From: Amoebophrya sp. A120
Taxonomy: Eukaryota > Protista > Dinoflagellata
Reading direction: 5' to 3'
NCBI GenBank assembly: GCA_905178155.1
Contig: CAJINV010000007.1
Coordinates: 2,213,151-2,277,150, forward strand
Length of the DNA: 64,000 bases
Position numbers and translations under genes: made by a program. Every line of letters starts with the position of its first letter. Position 1 is the stretch's first letter. The notes below the pieces were generated by a model. The model was not told where the DNA came from. It worked only from the letters and a program-made list of their open reading frames with translations, and ran no database searches. Shown here piece after piece: positions 12,860-24,587 of this stretch.

Positions 12860-14610
12860 TCAAAAAATTGACGACAGGGAGAGACTGGAGTGGCCAGCTT
12901 GTGGAGCGGAGCTTTGCTGTTGCTTGTCTCCTCCTCCTACTGGTGTGCGTCCTCTAGCAACAGAACCAGCCTGCTTCGTCTGCAACTCTTCTCTAACCGC
13001 ATCGATTTCGCGCAACAAATCCCGCACATCGGTCGCCACGTTGGCAGCGGTCGGGGTGATTTCGGGTTGAGGATCTACTTCCTGATGTTGACCTTCTAGG
13101 ACCTGCTCCTTTTGTTCAAGGCCACCACCGTCCGTTCTTTGTAGCCTGTCGGGACGACGAACAGCAAAATCTAAATCATTTTGGTCGTCGTGGTCTAGCA
13201 AGTCATTTGCAATCGCCGGGGAAATAGAGAGCGACAGCGCACTCGGCGGCAACAGATCGTCGTCAATCAGCAGAAGTTGTTGTTGCGGGGGGGAGGTGGA
13301 GCACTGCCGTGCGGACTGCTCTTGGGGACGAGATGCTACACAGCTGGCGACGGCGGGGTTTCTATTTGCGTTCTTTTCTGCTTCCAGGTGTCCTCGCTCA
13401 ATATGACCGTTGTTGTTCTGGTGCTCGACGCTGCAGCTTTTTGCGTCGTGTGGGTCCGCCTCCGGACGTCGTTGACAGGTTTCACTCTCCTCTTCACCAA
13501 AGTCGATCTCGTCGTACCAATTCGCGCTTGCATTATCGCCACACCTGAAAGAAAAAAAAATCTTTCGGTTCATGATAACTGCATTGGAATCACCAAAAAT
13601 GCTGCATTAGCATTGTTCTCTTCCGAATAAGGTGCATCTGATTCTTTATTCACTTTTCCCCGTCAAATTTTGCTTCTCTCAGACATCAGCACAAGAGTGA
13701 CGTACCTTTTCTCGTCGTACACGACCGTCGGTGACTCGTACTGTGCCGAGTAGCTAACAGCACCTGCTGCTGCTCCACACTGCTTCACCGAAGGCCCTAA
13801 AGACTTCTCCTTCGCTTCACCAACTTGAAGCTGCGGACTCGTCCTCTCGCTTCGCAATTCCACGTTCTTGATGATGTCTAGCGGCTGCTGCTGCTGCTGC
13901 CGCAGCTGCTCTTCCCGACGATAATTGGAATTCTTTCGCGCGGTGGAAGATTTGTAGGACATGGGTTCGCTCCCGCTCTCACTGTAAATCCGGTACCGCT
14001 CCACGTTCTGGTGATTTTTGCTGATGTTCGCTCCCGCGTAGGTGACCGCATCAGTTCCAGATACCAGGTCGATTTTCAGAGGAGTTTTGCGGGACGAGTT
14101 CGAGGCTGCTGTAGTCGACGTCACCCACGTGGAGCTCCTGCTGGGAAAGGCCGTGGGAACAAAACTCCTCTCCTTGATGGCCGTCTGCAAATGTTTATCT
14201 TCGGACTGGTAACGGTAAGTAGAAGTTGGATAATTATCTCCGCGGCTATTAAATGCCTCTTGCGCCGCTTGAAGAGCGTTGCATGATATTTGGCGCGGAT
14301 TCAAAAAGGCATTTCTCAGCTCGGAGGACCTTGAGGGGATCGAAGAAGACGAGGAGGAAGAGGTGGAGCCTCCGACTTCTAGAGGTGGAACAGCAGCTGC
14401 AGCGCCACGCGGTCCTGGTCCCTCACCAGGAACACAATTATCCCCCGATGATTCATCTTCCCCCAAGTAGAGCAAAATCTTGGACTTCAAACGGTCACAG
14501 GCATCGCTGAACTCGTGCTGGACATTCTGCGAAGGCGGTCTATTGGGCCACGAACAGAGGCGTGAGGTCGCGAGTCTGCGGGGCGGGTGGGTGGGCTCGA
14601 TAGAGGGCAT
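12860..14610 (-). CDS. Hypothetical low-complexity protein, at least 2 exons
   Basis: ORFs 13663-14640 and 12860-13573 join in frame through GT-AG intron 13545-13705 (..YDEKR|CGDNA..). No recognisable domain. Confidence 0.6.
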
Positions 14611-15564
14611 TTTGTACTTGTGGATGAGGTTCTTGTTCAAAATATTTGATGCCGTGTACTTTCGGATTTTATGGGATGTTGTTCGTCAAACTTTGGCTTT
14701 TTTACTTTTTCGAAATTCAAATTTTGAATGGCTTGAATTCTAGTGTGGCGATCAAACGAACCGCCTCAGTTCCTACCTTTCTGCTTCCGGATTGCAGTCT
14801 TTTTACACTTTGAAAACAAGCCACTCAAGAAATAGACAAGAGACGGTTTCTAGGGACAGTCAGTGAAAAGACAGCAACGCTTTATTTCATGTGTATGTGC
14901 CGTGGCAGAGGTGCCGTGGCAGAACGCGACGCGAGGCACTAACTGCGAAGATGAAGAATCGACGCAGGCGACTTCTTTTCACATTGGAAATTCGACACGA
15001 GGCGCGAGGCCCCGCTCACCTAGCGGCTTATTTCTTGCTGAGTTTTTTTGCTCGTTCTCAGTCCTACACTAATTCTTTTTCCAAATTTGCATTTCAGCTG
15101 CCTCATCGTCCTCCTTTTTCTGCTTGTCACAAATCAGCTTCCACGGCGCACGTAAGTCTGCTCGCAGAGCTTTGCACACCATGGAAAGCTTGTGATGGCC
15201 CGAGAGCGGAAGATAGCTACTGACTTTGTTGATAAGCTCCACAGGCAACTTCAGGAGCGGAAGCGGTGGGTTGATTACGCGATATTCTCGTTCGCATGTC
15301 CAACAGAAATCGTTGTACAACGTCAGCACTTTAAAACTCATCGCAGGCGCGGTTGGATTAAAGAACTCGAAGAGCTTCCGGTTGGCTTTGGCGTACTGCA
15401 TAACAGACATACGGTCGGCCCAATGCGTCCCTTTTCTCGGACAAATCCATTGACGTCGCCAAAAATGCGTACTTCCAGGCGGTACGACGTGCTTGCAGAG
15501 GACGTCAGGTTCCGACCCTGCTAGGGCCTTCGGATTGCAGAGTTGAAAGTTCTCGCCGATCTCG

Positions 15565-15606
15565 ACAGAGGTATAAAAAGTTCGGAGGTAGTTCTCATCG
15601 AGGACA
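15565..15606. repeat. Host target duplication, copy 3
   Basis: 15565-15596 is identical to 18479-18510 (32 bp) and extends with mismatches to 15606. Confidence 0.9.
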
Positions 15607-16708
15607 CAAGCAAGACCAACCGTTTTCCCGCGTAGAGCCGCCGCAGGTGCGGCTTCAGTTTCTTGTGGAGCTCAAACTCCTCCGCCTCGGTCTCAATAGC
15701 CATCTGGAGGAGGGTGTTGACCACTTGCTGATTCTTCCGCAGAATCTCAGCATCTGGCGTCCGCTTCAGATAGTCCACCACATCGACCCGAGGGGCATAG
15801 CTTACTCCGTTACCCATGGGCTGGGAAAGACCAATAAAACGGGCGACAGAGCGGAGAAGCGGGTCAGGACCCTCGACCCTTCCAACACACCAACAGTGCG
15901 CGTACTGAAGTCAAGCCCACCATGACGGGCCAAAGAGCCCGAAAACAGCAGTGAGAGGGAGCTATCCAGTGCGAATAAATCCGACTCAACAGATATAGAC
16001 CGTAAACGGCAAGCAACTGTCGAGGCCGTCAAAAATCGGAAAAAGTCCACAAAAACAAGCACATCAAGGTAAGTGGCCAAACCCAAATCAATGGATATAG
16101 ACCGTAAACGGGCCTCAACCTCATGGACCTAGGCCGAAAGGGAAAGGCCCGAGCGTTAGGAGAAAAAACCGGAACTGGAACAAATTCAGCTCAAGAACTG
16201 AGCGCGCTGATGTTCAAAGTATCACGGTGAGAAACACGGGCGCTTCTTTAACAAACTTCGCACCTCCAGGTTCGAGGCCAAAAGCAGGTAGTTAAAGAAC
16301 ATCCCAATGCCCGAAAACCAACCGGCGCAAGAACTGCGCCTGTTGAAAGACAGAGTGATGGAATCTTATCGCAAGATAAAAGCGCGATAAGAACCAGAAG
16401 CACAAACTCTTCCAGCACCAATAGGCGCGTACTGTAGTTAGTGCAAGAAAAACATCCATTTCCTCCCTCACCATTCCCCCAGCTTGCAAGAAGTAGCAAG
16501 AAAGGAAAGAAGAAGAAAGAGAAAGTAGGAAGGAAGAGTGGCTGATAGAAGTCCACAGAAACAGAGCCTCAGGAGGGTGGAGTCGGTGGCAGATGCCATT
16601 CTCCTCACAGAAAAGCCAAGCAATGCGCTCTAGATAGAGAGCGCAAAAGAATAGGCTTAACTGTTCCTTACCCGTTTTCAGATACTCATCGATTATCGTA
16701 ACAATGCC
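15607..16708 (-). mobile_element. Insert B: unidentified ~1.1-kb foreign fragment (long leader plus start of an ORF, MGNGVSYAP... at 15817, cut at the junction)
   Basis: Lies between two copies of the host target; internal direct repeat GATATAGACCGTAAACGG at ~15993 and ~16094. TE origin is inferred from context only. Confidence 0.5.
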
Positions 16709-16770
16709 TATAAAAAGTTCGGAGGTAGTTCTCGTGGAGGACAACAACACTCCTCTCGGCGTCCTTCCTG
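16709..16770. repeat. Host target duplication, copy 2 (62 bp)
   Basis: 61/62 identical to 18486-18547. Confidence 0.92.
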
Positions 16771-18478
16771 CATTGTCTGCTTTCCGCAGCTCCTCTATCT
16801 TGCCTGCCACCCATGCCCGCTTGTCCTCCTTGATGCACGCGCGTATTTTTCTCCCAATCTGGTTCAGCTTCATTTTGTTCACACCCTTTGCTGCCCACTT
16901 CTTCCTCGTCTCGATCCGCTCCCAAGTTTCCTGGCTTATCCATGGCTTCCGGGGCCCCGCCTTCACGGCGCCCTTGCTCAATTTCTCTATTGCCATTCGT
17001 AACCCAGCCTCAAAATCGTCCCACCACTCGCTTCCATTTTTTCCGCTATTTGTCATGCGCTCCTCGACTGTTGCCGGATCGTATTTTGCCTGCAGCTCCT
17101 TATCTAAGGCTTCAGCAGCCTCCTTCGTCCGTACCCATCTATTCGCTACCGCGTTCTTCTTTTTCTTCCTCGGCACCTTGACGTCCACTTCAACCACGAC
17201 CAGCCTGTGGTCGCTTGCAAGATACGTGTCTGCATAGACCCGGAAGCCCCGCAGTAGCCCGCGGTGCTTCCACGATATTAGTGCCCTGTCGTACTCGCGC
17301 CGCGCTCTAGATGTTGTCGAAGACCAGTTTCCTGTGAAAGTGAACCGCTTGGACCACTTCCTCTGGTAGAGTGATGACACATCCAGCAGTTCCGCCGTGG
17401 CGGCGAACTGCTGGAGTCTCCGGCCGTTGTCGGACCGGTGCACGAAATCCGGCGTAAGGCCGCACGGGCCTACCGCGTACGGTAGGCTCGCGCGCATGAG
17501 CTCCCACTGCGGTTCTCCCATCTCCGCGTTGTAGTCGCCCACCACCATTACTATGTCTCGCGCGGGGTGGTCGGAAATTTTCTTAGCTGTCTTCGTCCAG
17601 AATTTGTCTTTTTCGTCTCCGTCCGCAGCGTCGGTGGGTGCGTAGATTCCGTGAAGATGCATCTTGCGCCCGCAGCGCGTAGCAAGGGTTATCCGGGCGT
17701 GCCGGCCCCACTGTTCCGCGTCTACATCTTGCACCTCTATTCCATCGCGGACTAGAAATAGCACCCCACCGACTGGTGTCCCACTGCTGTTTTTCCACGC
17801 CCCGCCGCCGTAAAGCTTGTATCCATCTGCTTTCTCGCCATGTATCCACTCAACCACCCTGCTCTCCTGCGTTGCCAGCACATCCAGCCTCCGCTCTTTT
17901 GCATCCCGTATCAAACATTCCATCTGCGCAGTTCGTTCTCCTGAGCCCGTGTCTCTTGACCCGAGTGTCAAGACATTGAACGTGCCGATGCGTAGTGGTT
18001 TGCCCGAGGTCGCCGTTCGCCGGTCGCGGGCGGACTCCTTCCACCCGGCAGTATTACTGCTGCCGCCTGCCGCCGGCCTTCTTCCAACGCCAGGGGGCTC
18101 CGGCCTCTGGGTGCGCTGTGCTGAGGGTGGGTTCATGGTGCTGCTCCCTATGTTTGTTCTTTCTTGAGCCAAAAAACTTATATTGGTGACGCCGCTAGCT
18201 ACTATCTTCGTTTCTTGTTTTCCGACTGCTGGTTTTTTACTTCTGCGAATTAGAATCTCGCCACAAAATGCGACTTGATGTTTGCAAGGGTTGTTCTTCG
18301 TGAAAAAACACAATTACGCCTACAGTTACGGCCTGCAGTTGGCAGCTGCAGGCCGGGCCAGGTTTCTTAACCTGTAATCAACGAGATAGCGATGGCTCCG
18401 AGTACACCTACCCGGCCCCGAGCGGGTTGTCTTCGGTTATCTTCGTCTTCTTTCCTTTCTAATCTTCTTTCCTTTCTA
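16771..18478 (-). mobile_element. Insert A: 5' part of an RTE-like non-LTR retrotransposon (leader plus APE endonuclease; RT domain missing)
   Basis: ORF from ATG 18136 has the APE motifs RIGTFNV, DVLATQE, GGVLFLV, IYAPT, VVGDYNA, DNGRRL, YDRAL and SDHRLV, then the linker KPWISQETW...IKEDKRAW. It ends at the host repeat before the RT domain. Confidence 0.88.
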
Positions 18479-19456
18479 ACAGAGGTATAAAAAGTTCGGA
18501 GGTAGTTCTCGCGGAGGACAACAACACTCCTCTCGGCGTCCTTCCTGGCAAGGTCCTGCTCGAAGTCGTCGAGATGCTCGAGCAAACCAGGTGGTGGCTG
18601 CGGCTTGACCACTTCTCCAGCGATAATGTAATGTCCCTTAAGCGGTTTTGCGTTTTTCATGACTACTTTAGCTGCGTCTTCAGAGCGTTCTTTCAGAAGC
18701 CGTGCGAGTTCGCGAGCGCGAGAAAATTCTAGATTTGAGTTGTCTGTAGAAGACTGGTTCTTCTCAGCGACTGAAAATGCGTCGGACGGTGCTTCATTTC
18801 CCTGTAACAAAGGTCGCGGGTGTACAGGCTCCTCGGCGGCGGGCGCCCCGTTCTCTGTGTCCGTCTCGTTGGCCATTTTTAGTTGCGCTTTTTTTTGAAT
18901 GATGATATACTGAGTAGTACGACTCAAAATAGTTGTTCTTGGGGTTCTGGCTCCCAAACTACAGCTGTGTTGAAGCCGAGCAAATGAAATTCTGACTCCG
19001 CCCATTTTCGATTGTTCGCTCACGGTCCTTTTTGATTTTGTAGTTTATTTTGTTGCAATCACTACTTGGACATCTCATACTAGGCCAACGTATTAACACG
19101 CAAACACGATTCCTCGCTCACAATCGCAACTAGTACGAGCGGACGATACAACTCAGTGGACAGGTGTACACTCAAAAGCTGACTGATTTCGAGATCCCGA
19201 ATGAACACCGTTTTGGTTTTTCCGGTCGCGGTACTACCATCCACAGTTGTTGCCAATCCTAAAGTCAGAGGACAACAACCGCGTGCACGTGGTTTTCAAT
19301 GACAATGTCAATCGGTTTCGGTTCTACTCGTGGTTCTGCCGAATAAAGACAATGTCGTCCAGGGAAGTGAAAGGCTGTAGTTGCGGGAGCCATCTTGTTC
19401 CTCTTTATCCGTAGTTTTGCCGTGACATCGACTGTGCGAGGACATCATCGAGACCT

Positions 19457-22400
19457 CTACAACTGCGCATCCATGCCCCTCGGCAGGAACGCCACGTCAA
19501 AGACGTAGTGGCTCACCCGCGGCGCGTACGACTTCACTCGCTGAATATGCTCTACCTTCACCTCGAAGTCGCAGTAACTTTCGTCAGAACCATACTCGTT
19601 CTCGCGAGTTTCCTTCTGCAAGACCAAGAAGTCCTGGCAGATTTTCGAAGAATAAGCAGCAAAATCTGTGTCTTCCCGTAAGTTTTGGTGGATGTGCAGT
19701 TTCTTGACTCTGGTTTTCTCCTCCCAGTTCAAACACTCGGCCGCGGTTCGTCGAAACTTCTCCGTGTCGGGCAACAGACCGAGGATGACCCGGTCTGCGA
19801 CGGTTTTCGGCGCGACGACCGTGCAGTCGCCCTGGAGAATCGTTAGCCTCTGTTTAATATTCCTATTCGTCGAGGACGAGGAGCTGCTCTTCGCTTGTTC
19901 CGCCGGGAAATTCATCGCATACCCGCGTCTCAGCCCCTCCACTGATGCTGGGTTCCACTCGCAGGCGTAGACCTTCCCCTTCTCGCCTAACTCTTTCAGG
20001 ATCGGCAGGGTCCAGTACCCGATCCCAGCGAACAGGTCCACGACGGTCTCGTCTGGATGGATGCTGTACCCATGAGCATGTTGTTGATCTACTCCGTTCG
20101 AACAAGCAAAAATAACATTTTCATCCCTCGAAGATACGCTTCTTTGTTTGCTCCTAACTCGGATTTTCTCCGAGATATTTCCCTTGCAGAACATGGTCTT
20201 CAGCACATTCCAGGTGTAGTGGACGCCGTTTTCGCTGACTCTGTTCCAGACGTGCGGACGACAGAGTTCTGGTTTTCTTTCGGTTGATGATATCGCTGAT
20301 GATGTTGTACCACCTTTATTCTGTAGTAGAACTTTCCTGCCCGCCGGGTTGAAGCAGACTTCCAACGTGTTCAAGTTGTACCCTAGCCCGGCCCCACGAG
20401 GGTCGTGGTGAACTGTAGAACTCACGGCACAAAACAGCTGGATTCCCTTCGGGCTACGAAAATCGTCATCCGCCACTTCGCCCAGCACCCCGATCACCTC
20501 CACCTGTGGGTGTCTGCGCACCAGAAACGCATACCAAGTGAGCCAGAACGTCTTGCTGGGGGCGAGAACCCGCTGGAGCAGGTCCAGGGGAATGTTCTCG
20601 ATGAACGCAAATTTCCCCTGCACCTGGTAGGTTAACTGCGGTGGTGGAGTAGACCGCCGCGCAGTAGAGGTCGTCGTAATATGTTCATCTTCGTATGAAG
20701 ATGGCGGGGACAGCTCGGAGTACCAAGCAGGCAGTTCGGGCACGAAGACCGCAGGTGGGGACGTCGATGGTTGTAGTTCTTCTCGTCTGTCCCTGTCTTG
20801 ATGTAGTTCATCTGGGGATAATGAATAGAGTTTGGCTCTACTTACCCTTTGCTGTAAAACGCACCAGAGAAACTGGCAGATTGTCTGCGTAGCCGGCTGA
20901 AAGGTGATTCTCGCGGACAGCAGGTAGTCCAGAAATTCGACCGGGCAAAACTTGTCGCCGGAACTCTCGTATGGATTGCAAAAGTGTCTGGGTCTGGAAG
21001 ATTGCCAGATTTGTCATGCAGGTTTTCGATAACCAATGAGGTCTGGTATGTAGGACATAGCATGACAGATTCTGCGAAACCTTTCCAATGCCTATCCTGC
21101 ATAAGAAACTGCCTCGCGATTAGGTCAAAAGTGCACAAGAACTTTTGCCAATCATGCAATACAGTTTTTTGCCTGATTCAGATTTAGCATGACAAGTTGC
21201 ATTCTTCCAGACCCAGACATTTTTACATTTGATATCTCGCTGAGCTTCTCCCAACTTTCGTCCGTCCACTCGTACCGGTCGGGGGCGGCGCGTCGTGAAG
21301 AACTCGCCCGGCACCAGAGTTGCTGGTTACTGTCGTGCGTTACCGCGCTCTGTAAAGCGTCGACCTTCTGGGTGTGTGCAGGAGCTCCTTCGTCTTCAAC
21401 GACATCATTTACCGTCGTCGACCCCGCATTCTTACAGATGCTGGCAGTGGCACCACTAGTATGATTTCTTGCCTTTACTAACCCGCTGTCGACCTCCTTG
21501 ACCGCAGCTCGTAGTTCGGTCGCATCCATGACGTAGAAGTCGATTTCTTTCTCTGCTTCGTCGAAATAAACTAGAGCGTGATGTGCTTCGCCACCAACTC
21601 TGTGTGCTTCCGCAATCTCTGCTCTTCGACTACTTCGTGCCGCGCTAAGAAACTTCTTCATCTGCTCCACACCCTCCGGTGTGAGCCCCACGAGCATCTT
21701 GTTTTCGCCGGTTGTTGTATAATCTTGCAGATTTTGATGAACTACATCGAGCTCGACGCACTTGACACCGAATTTCTTGTCAAAAAGCCCTTTTTCCTGC
21801 ACGGTATCCTTCCAATATTTTGCGCGGGACTTTTCGCACACCAACGCACCCCCGGACCGGCTGATGAGGTCGAGGACTGCGGGTGGGAGTCTTGATGATG
21901 ATTTTGTGTTCAACGATTTTGCAGCGCCAGTTGTTGCCTTCACAGGAGCAGACGCAGGCGCCGCTGGAGCAGCTGCTCCAAATGAAGATGGGCTGCTTAG
22001 TCTTGTACTTGTTCCGTGCAGATCTTCTTCTGCGATTCGAGACGCTCTACAAGAAGTTTCCTGACCCTGATCGCGTTCAAACCCGGCGTGTTTTAGCATG
22101 TCAAAGAACTTTTCCGTTCGCGCTTTGTTCTTCGCGAAGCGCTCCATCGCGGAGGAGAGCCAGAAGGACATCAAGTCCTTCGCGTTTTCCTCCTCCTCCA
22201 TTTTCCCGCGCAGCACATTGTTGACGCGGCCGCCCGCCCAGCCGGCGGAAAACGCCAGATCCGACACGCGGCACGGGACCGTCATTCCGAACGCGTTTGT
22301 GCGGACCTGCACCATGCAGCGGCTCTTCCCCGAAACGCACATCCCGCTCTCCCGGTACCCGCACTGCAGCGCGAGGGTGAGGAATTTCTGCGCGGAGGCA

Positions 22401-23017
22401 ATGTCCCGCGCCTCGACGTGCAGCACGAAGCTTTCGAAGAGAAAATCGATGTGGGTGTCCTCGTCCAGCTGCCGCAGTTTTCGCCGGATTACGGAGGAGA
22501 GCGTAAACAGGTCCGTCTGGTTCGGCTCGTGATCTACGAACACCCAACTTCCCCCCTTATCCGCGTTGTTCGCCGTGGTACGGTGCTGCGTGACCAGGTC
22601 GGCCACGGGGTCGTCTGAAGACGGGACTGTAGTGGTGGTAAGAGCGTTCTCTCCTGCCGAACGGGCATTTTGTTCTGCGTCAGCTGGCGGTGAAGAGCAA
22701 GTTGCAGGTGTTCTTTCGGCTGAAGATGTTCTCGCAGTTCTCATTTCATCTTCTCCCGCTGCCGCAGCGGAGCTTTTCTTTTTCTCGACTCTTCTGGTAC
22801 TTTTACTACTAAACACGCTTTTTCCACCACTCCTCGTTGGTTCCTTTCTGTTGTGCTGAAACACCGCGATACGACCGGAGCAGCTGCTGGTCGTGCAATA
22901 GTTTGGTAAAGAGTTGATGTAGCTCAACAGGTCCAGAATTGGGGCATCAAAACTTCCCTTTGGCGACTTGTCGATCGCCAAAAGCGTTTTCGCTTTCCGC
23001 TCGTCGAAGGTGGCCAT
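19457..23017 (-). CDS. TYW3/TYW2: tRNA wybutosine-synthesis TYW3-TYW2 fusion protein (~1096 aa)
   Basis: TYW3: DKSPKGSFDAPILDLLSYINSLPNYCTTSSCSGRI. TYW2: ENGVHYTWNVLKTMFCKGNISEK, VVDLFAGIGYWTLP, CEWNP, ADRVILGLLP, VKSYAP. Removing 20970-21239 gives a continuous frame ..WEKLSE|SSGDKFCPVEFLDYLL..VFVPELPAWY. Confidence 0.88.
20970..21234. mobile_element. Introner, family A (TGTCTGGGTCTGGAAG TIR core), 265 bp
   Basis: TIR 26/31; TSD TCTCG at 20965-20969 and 21235-21239; removal restores the frame. Confidence 0.92.
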
Positions 23018-23984
23018 TCTGTGTCGATGTTTGCCGACGAAGGCGGTTTATTTTCGACGGGAGAACTTCTACACGTGTTGCTTCGATAAAGAGTTGTGGT
23101 CCGCCGTACTAGATGAAAAATGAAAATGATGGAGGTGTTAGAAAAATATTACAACCATCTAACAATCGCTGAGTTCCTTCGCCTGTGTTGAGCAGTCGGA
23201 ATAAAAAGCCGAGTTTATTGCATTCGTCAGAGGAACTGGCACTGGACCTACAGACGGTGGACCAGGAAGAGGCGGCAAATCGATCAGGAATCGGATCCGG
23301 GCGAGGGAGGTGCTGTCGCACTGAGTTTGCTTGCGATATTTTCATGTTGTCGGTCATCTGTTGAACTTGAATTTCTGTACTTGCATAGTAAGTGATGATC
23401 TTGATCATAGTGCTGGAGATCGATCAGGATCGATCTGTTGTCCAGGGTAGACCAACCTGAATTCGGATCGTTCACGTTCTCCGTCTCTCGGACAAAATTT
23501 GCCCGGATCCAACTTTTCAATTTGAACCAGCAGGCGAGGCCTTTCCAAGAACGAAATTTCTACACCCGTGCGAATAGATCAGTTCAACAGGAGGAACAAT
23601 GTATTTTACGAATTATTTCGTACTAGTATCTGAATCTGTGTGAGGCAACAAGAGGAACAACATAAGTGCTTCAAATACTTCCTCATGTTGATCATGGACA
23701 CAATATACGCCCCAAGCTTCCTTTATCGGAAGTGTGCTTATTCTTCTCGTATCGAACTACTAGAGACAGTATCAACGTTGATACTGAAATTTAAACCTCA
23801 TTCTCATCGTGTCTTTGTCGTCGGCGGGAACGTTTTTACAGTATTGCGAAAGGGGCAGAGACAGGATAGAATTGTCGCCAAGGAAATTAATATGCGTTTT
23901 GAAAGTAGCTGTAGGGGTAGATGAAATCCAAATCGAAATTTTCTAAGTACTTGTGACACTCCAAAACGAGCGCGTGCTTCAATA

Positions 23985-24587
23985 TCAGTAAAACGGATTC
24001 CCGAGCGCGCCCCTGGGTTTTGGCGCCGGCTTGCTGCCGCACAGGCTGGGACAGCAGCAGCGCCCGCAGCTGCCGAATATGTTGTCGAGTATCCTCTGCC
24101 CGCCGGGGATGTAGGAGAAGAGGAAGTAGAGTAAGGAGATGAACTGGGTGATTATCGCGACTAACGCAAACAAGTAGCTGGGTGCGATCATCGTGTAATA
24201 CAAGGTTGCGGCCAGCGTTACCAGGTAGCACACCGTCGTCTTTTTGGCGGTCCCAAACGCGTGTGTCCTGAACCGGTCCCAGCCGCGCAAACTGATGAAG
24301 CTGAGCAGGCAGAAAAAGCTCCCGAGTGTGAAGAGCGACGCGAACTTGGTCGGCGCCACGACCAGAAACGGGAGCGCCAGACTGGAGAGGAACAGAAAAA
24401 GCAATCCCAAACCGAGAAAGACCGCGAACTGGATCCAGGTGGAGGTGGGGATGGTAAAGTCGTCGTAAAATTGGCTCGCTGAATTCAACCGTCCTGATAT
24501 GCTCGCCATCAGCCCAGTCTCCTCGTCCTCGTAGGTGGAGCCGACGGACCCCGGCTCTCGCATCCACCCGAAATAATCGGAAGCCAT
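23985..24587 (-). CDS. SFT2: Got1/SFT2-family vesicle transport membrane protein
   Basis: 200 aa, four hydrophobic segments, PTKFASLFTLGS and YFLFSYIPGG motifs. Confidence 0.85.
   Translation of the reverse strand: MASDYFGWMREPGSVGSTYEDEETGLMASISGRLNSASQFYDDFTIPTSTWIQFAVFLGLGLLFLFLSSLALPFLVVAPTKFASLFTLGSFFCLLSFISLRGWDRFRTHAFGTAKKTTVCYLVTLAATLYYTMIAPSYLFALVAIITQFISLLYFLFSYIPGGQRILDNIFGSCGRCCCPSLCGSKPAPKPRGALGNPFY

Larger units (their letters stand above)
15069..18876 (-). pseudogene. F-box paralog (297 aa when reconstructed) interrupted by a 2914-bp composite insertion; pseudogene unless the insert is spliced out
   Basis: Deleting 15565-18478 gives an uninterrupted ORF: MANETDTE...RARELARLLKERSE...VVLRENYLRTFYTSV|EIGENFQLC...FKVLTLYNDFCWTC...LLKLPVELINKVSSYL...VCKALRADL. 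It is colinear with 10823-12262 (RDLSSLLRERSE, VILNADYL, FIVLTLANDFCMKC, F-box). Confidence 0.8.

Noticed and set aside
16292-18313. 673-aa ORF as one real protein
   Set aside because: The C-terminal ~160 aa is read-through across the host repeat into insert B; no RT motifs.
15565-18547. CRISPR array
   Set aside because: Repeats are unequal copies of host coding sequence, spacers are >1 kb, there are no cas genes, and the context is eukaryotic.
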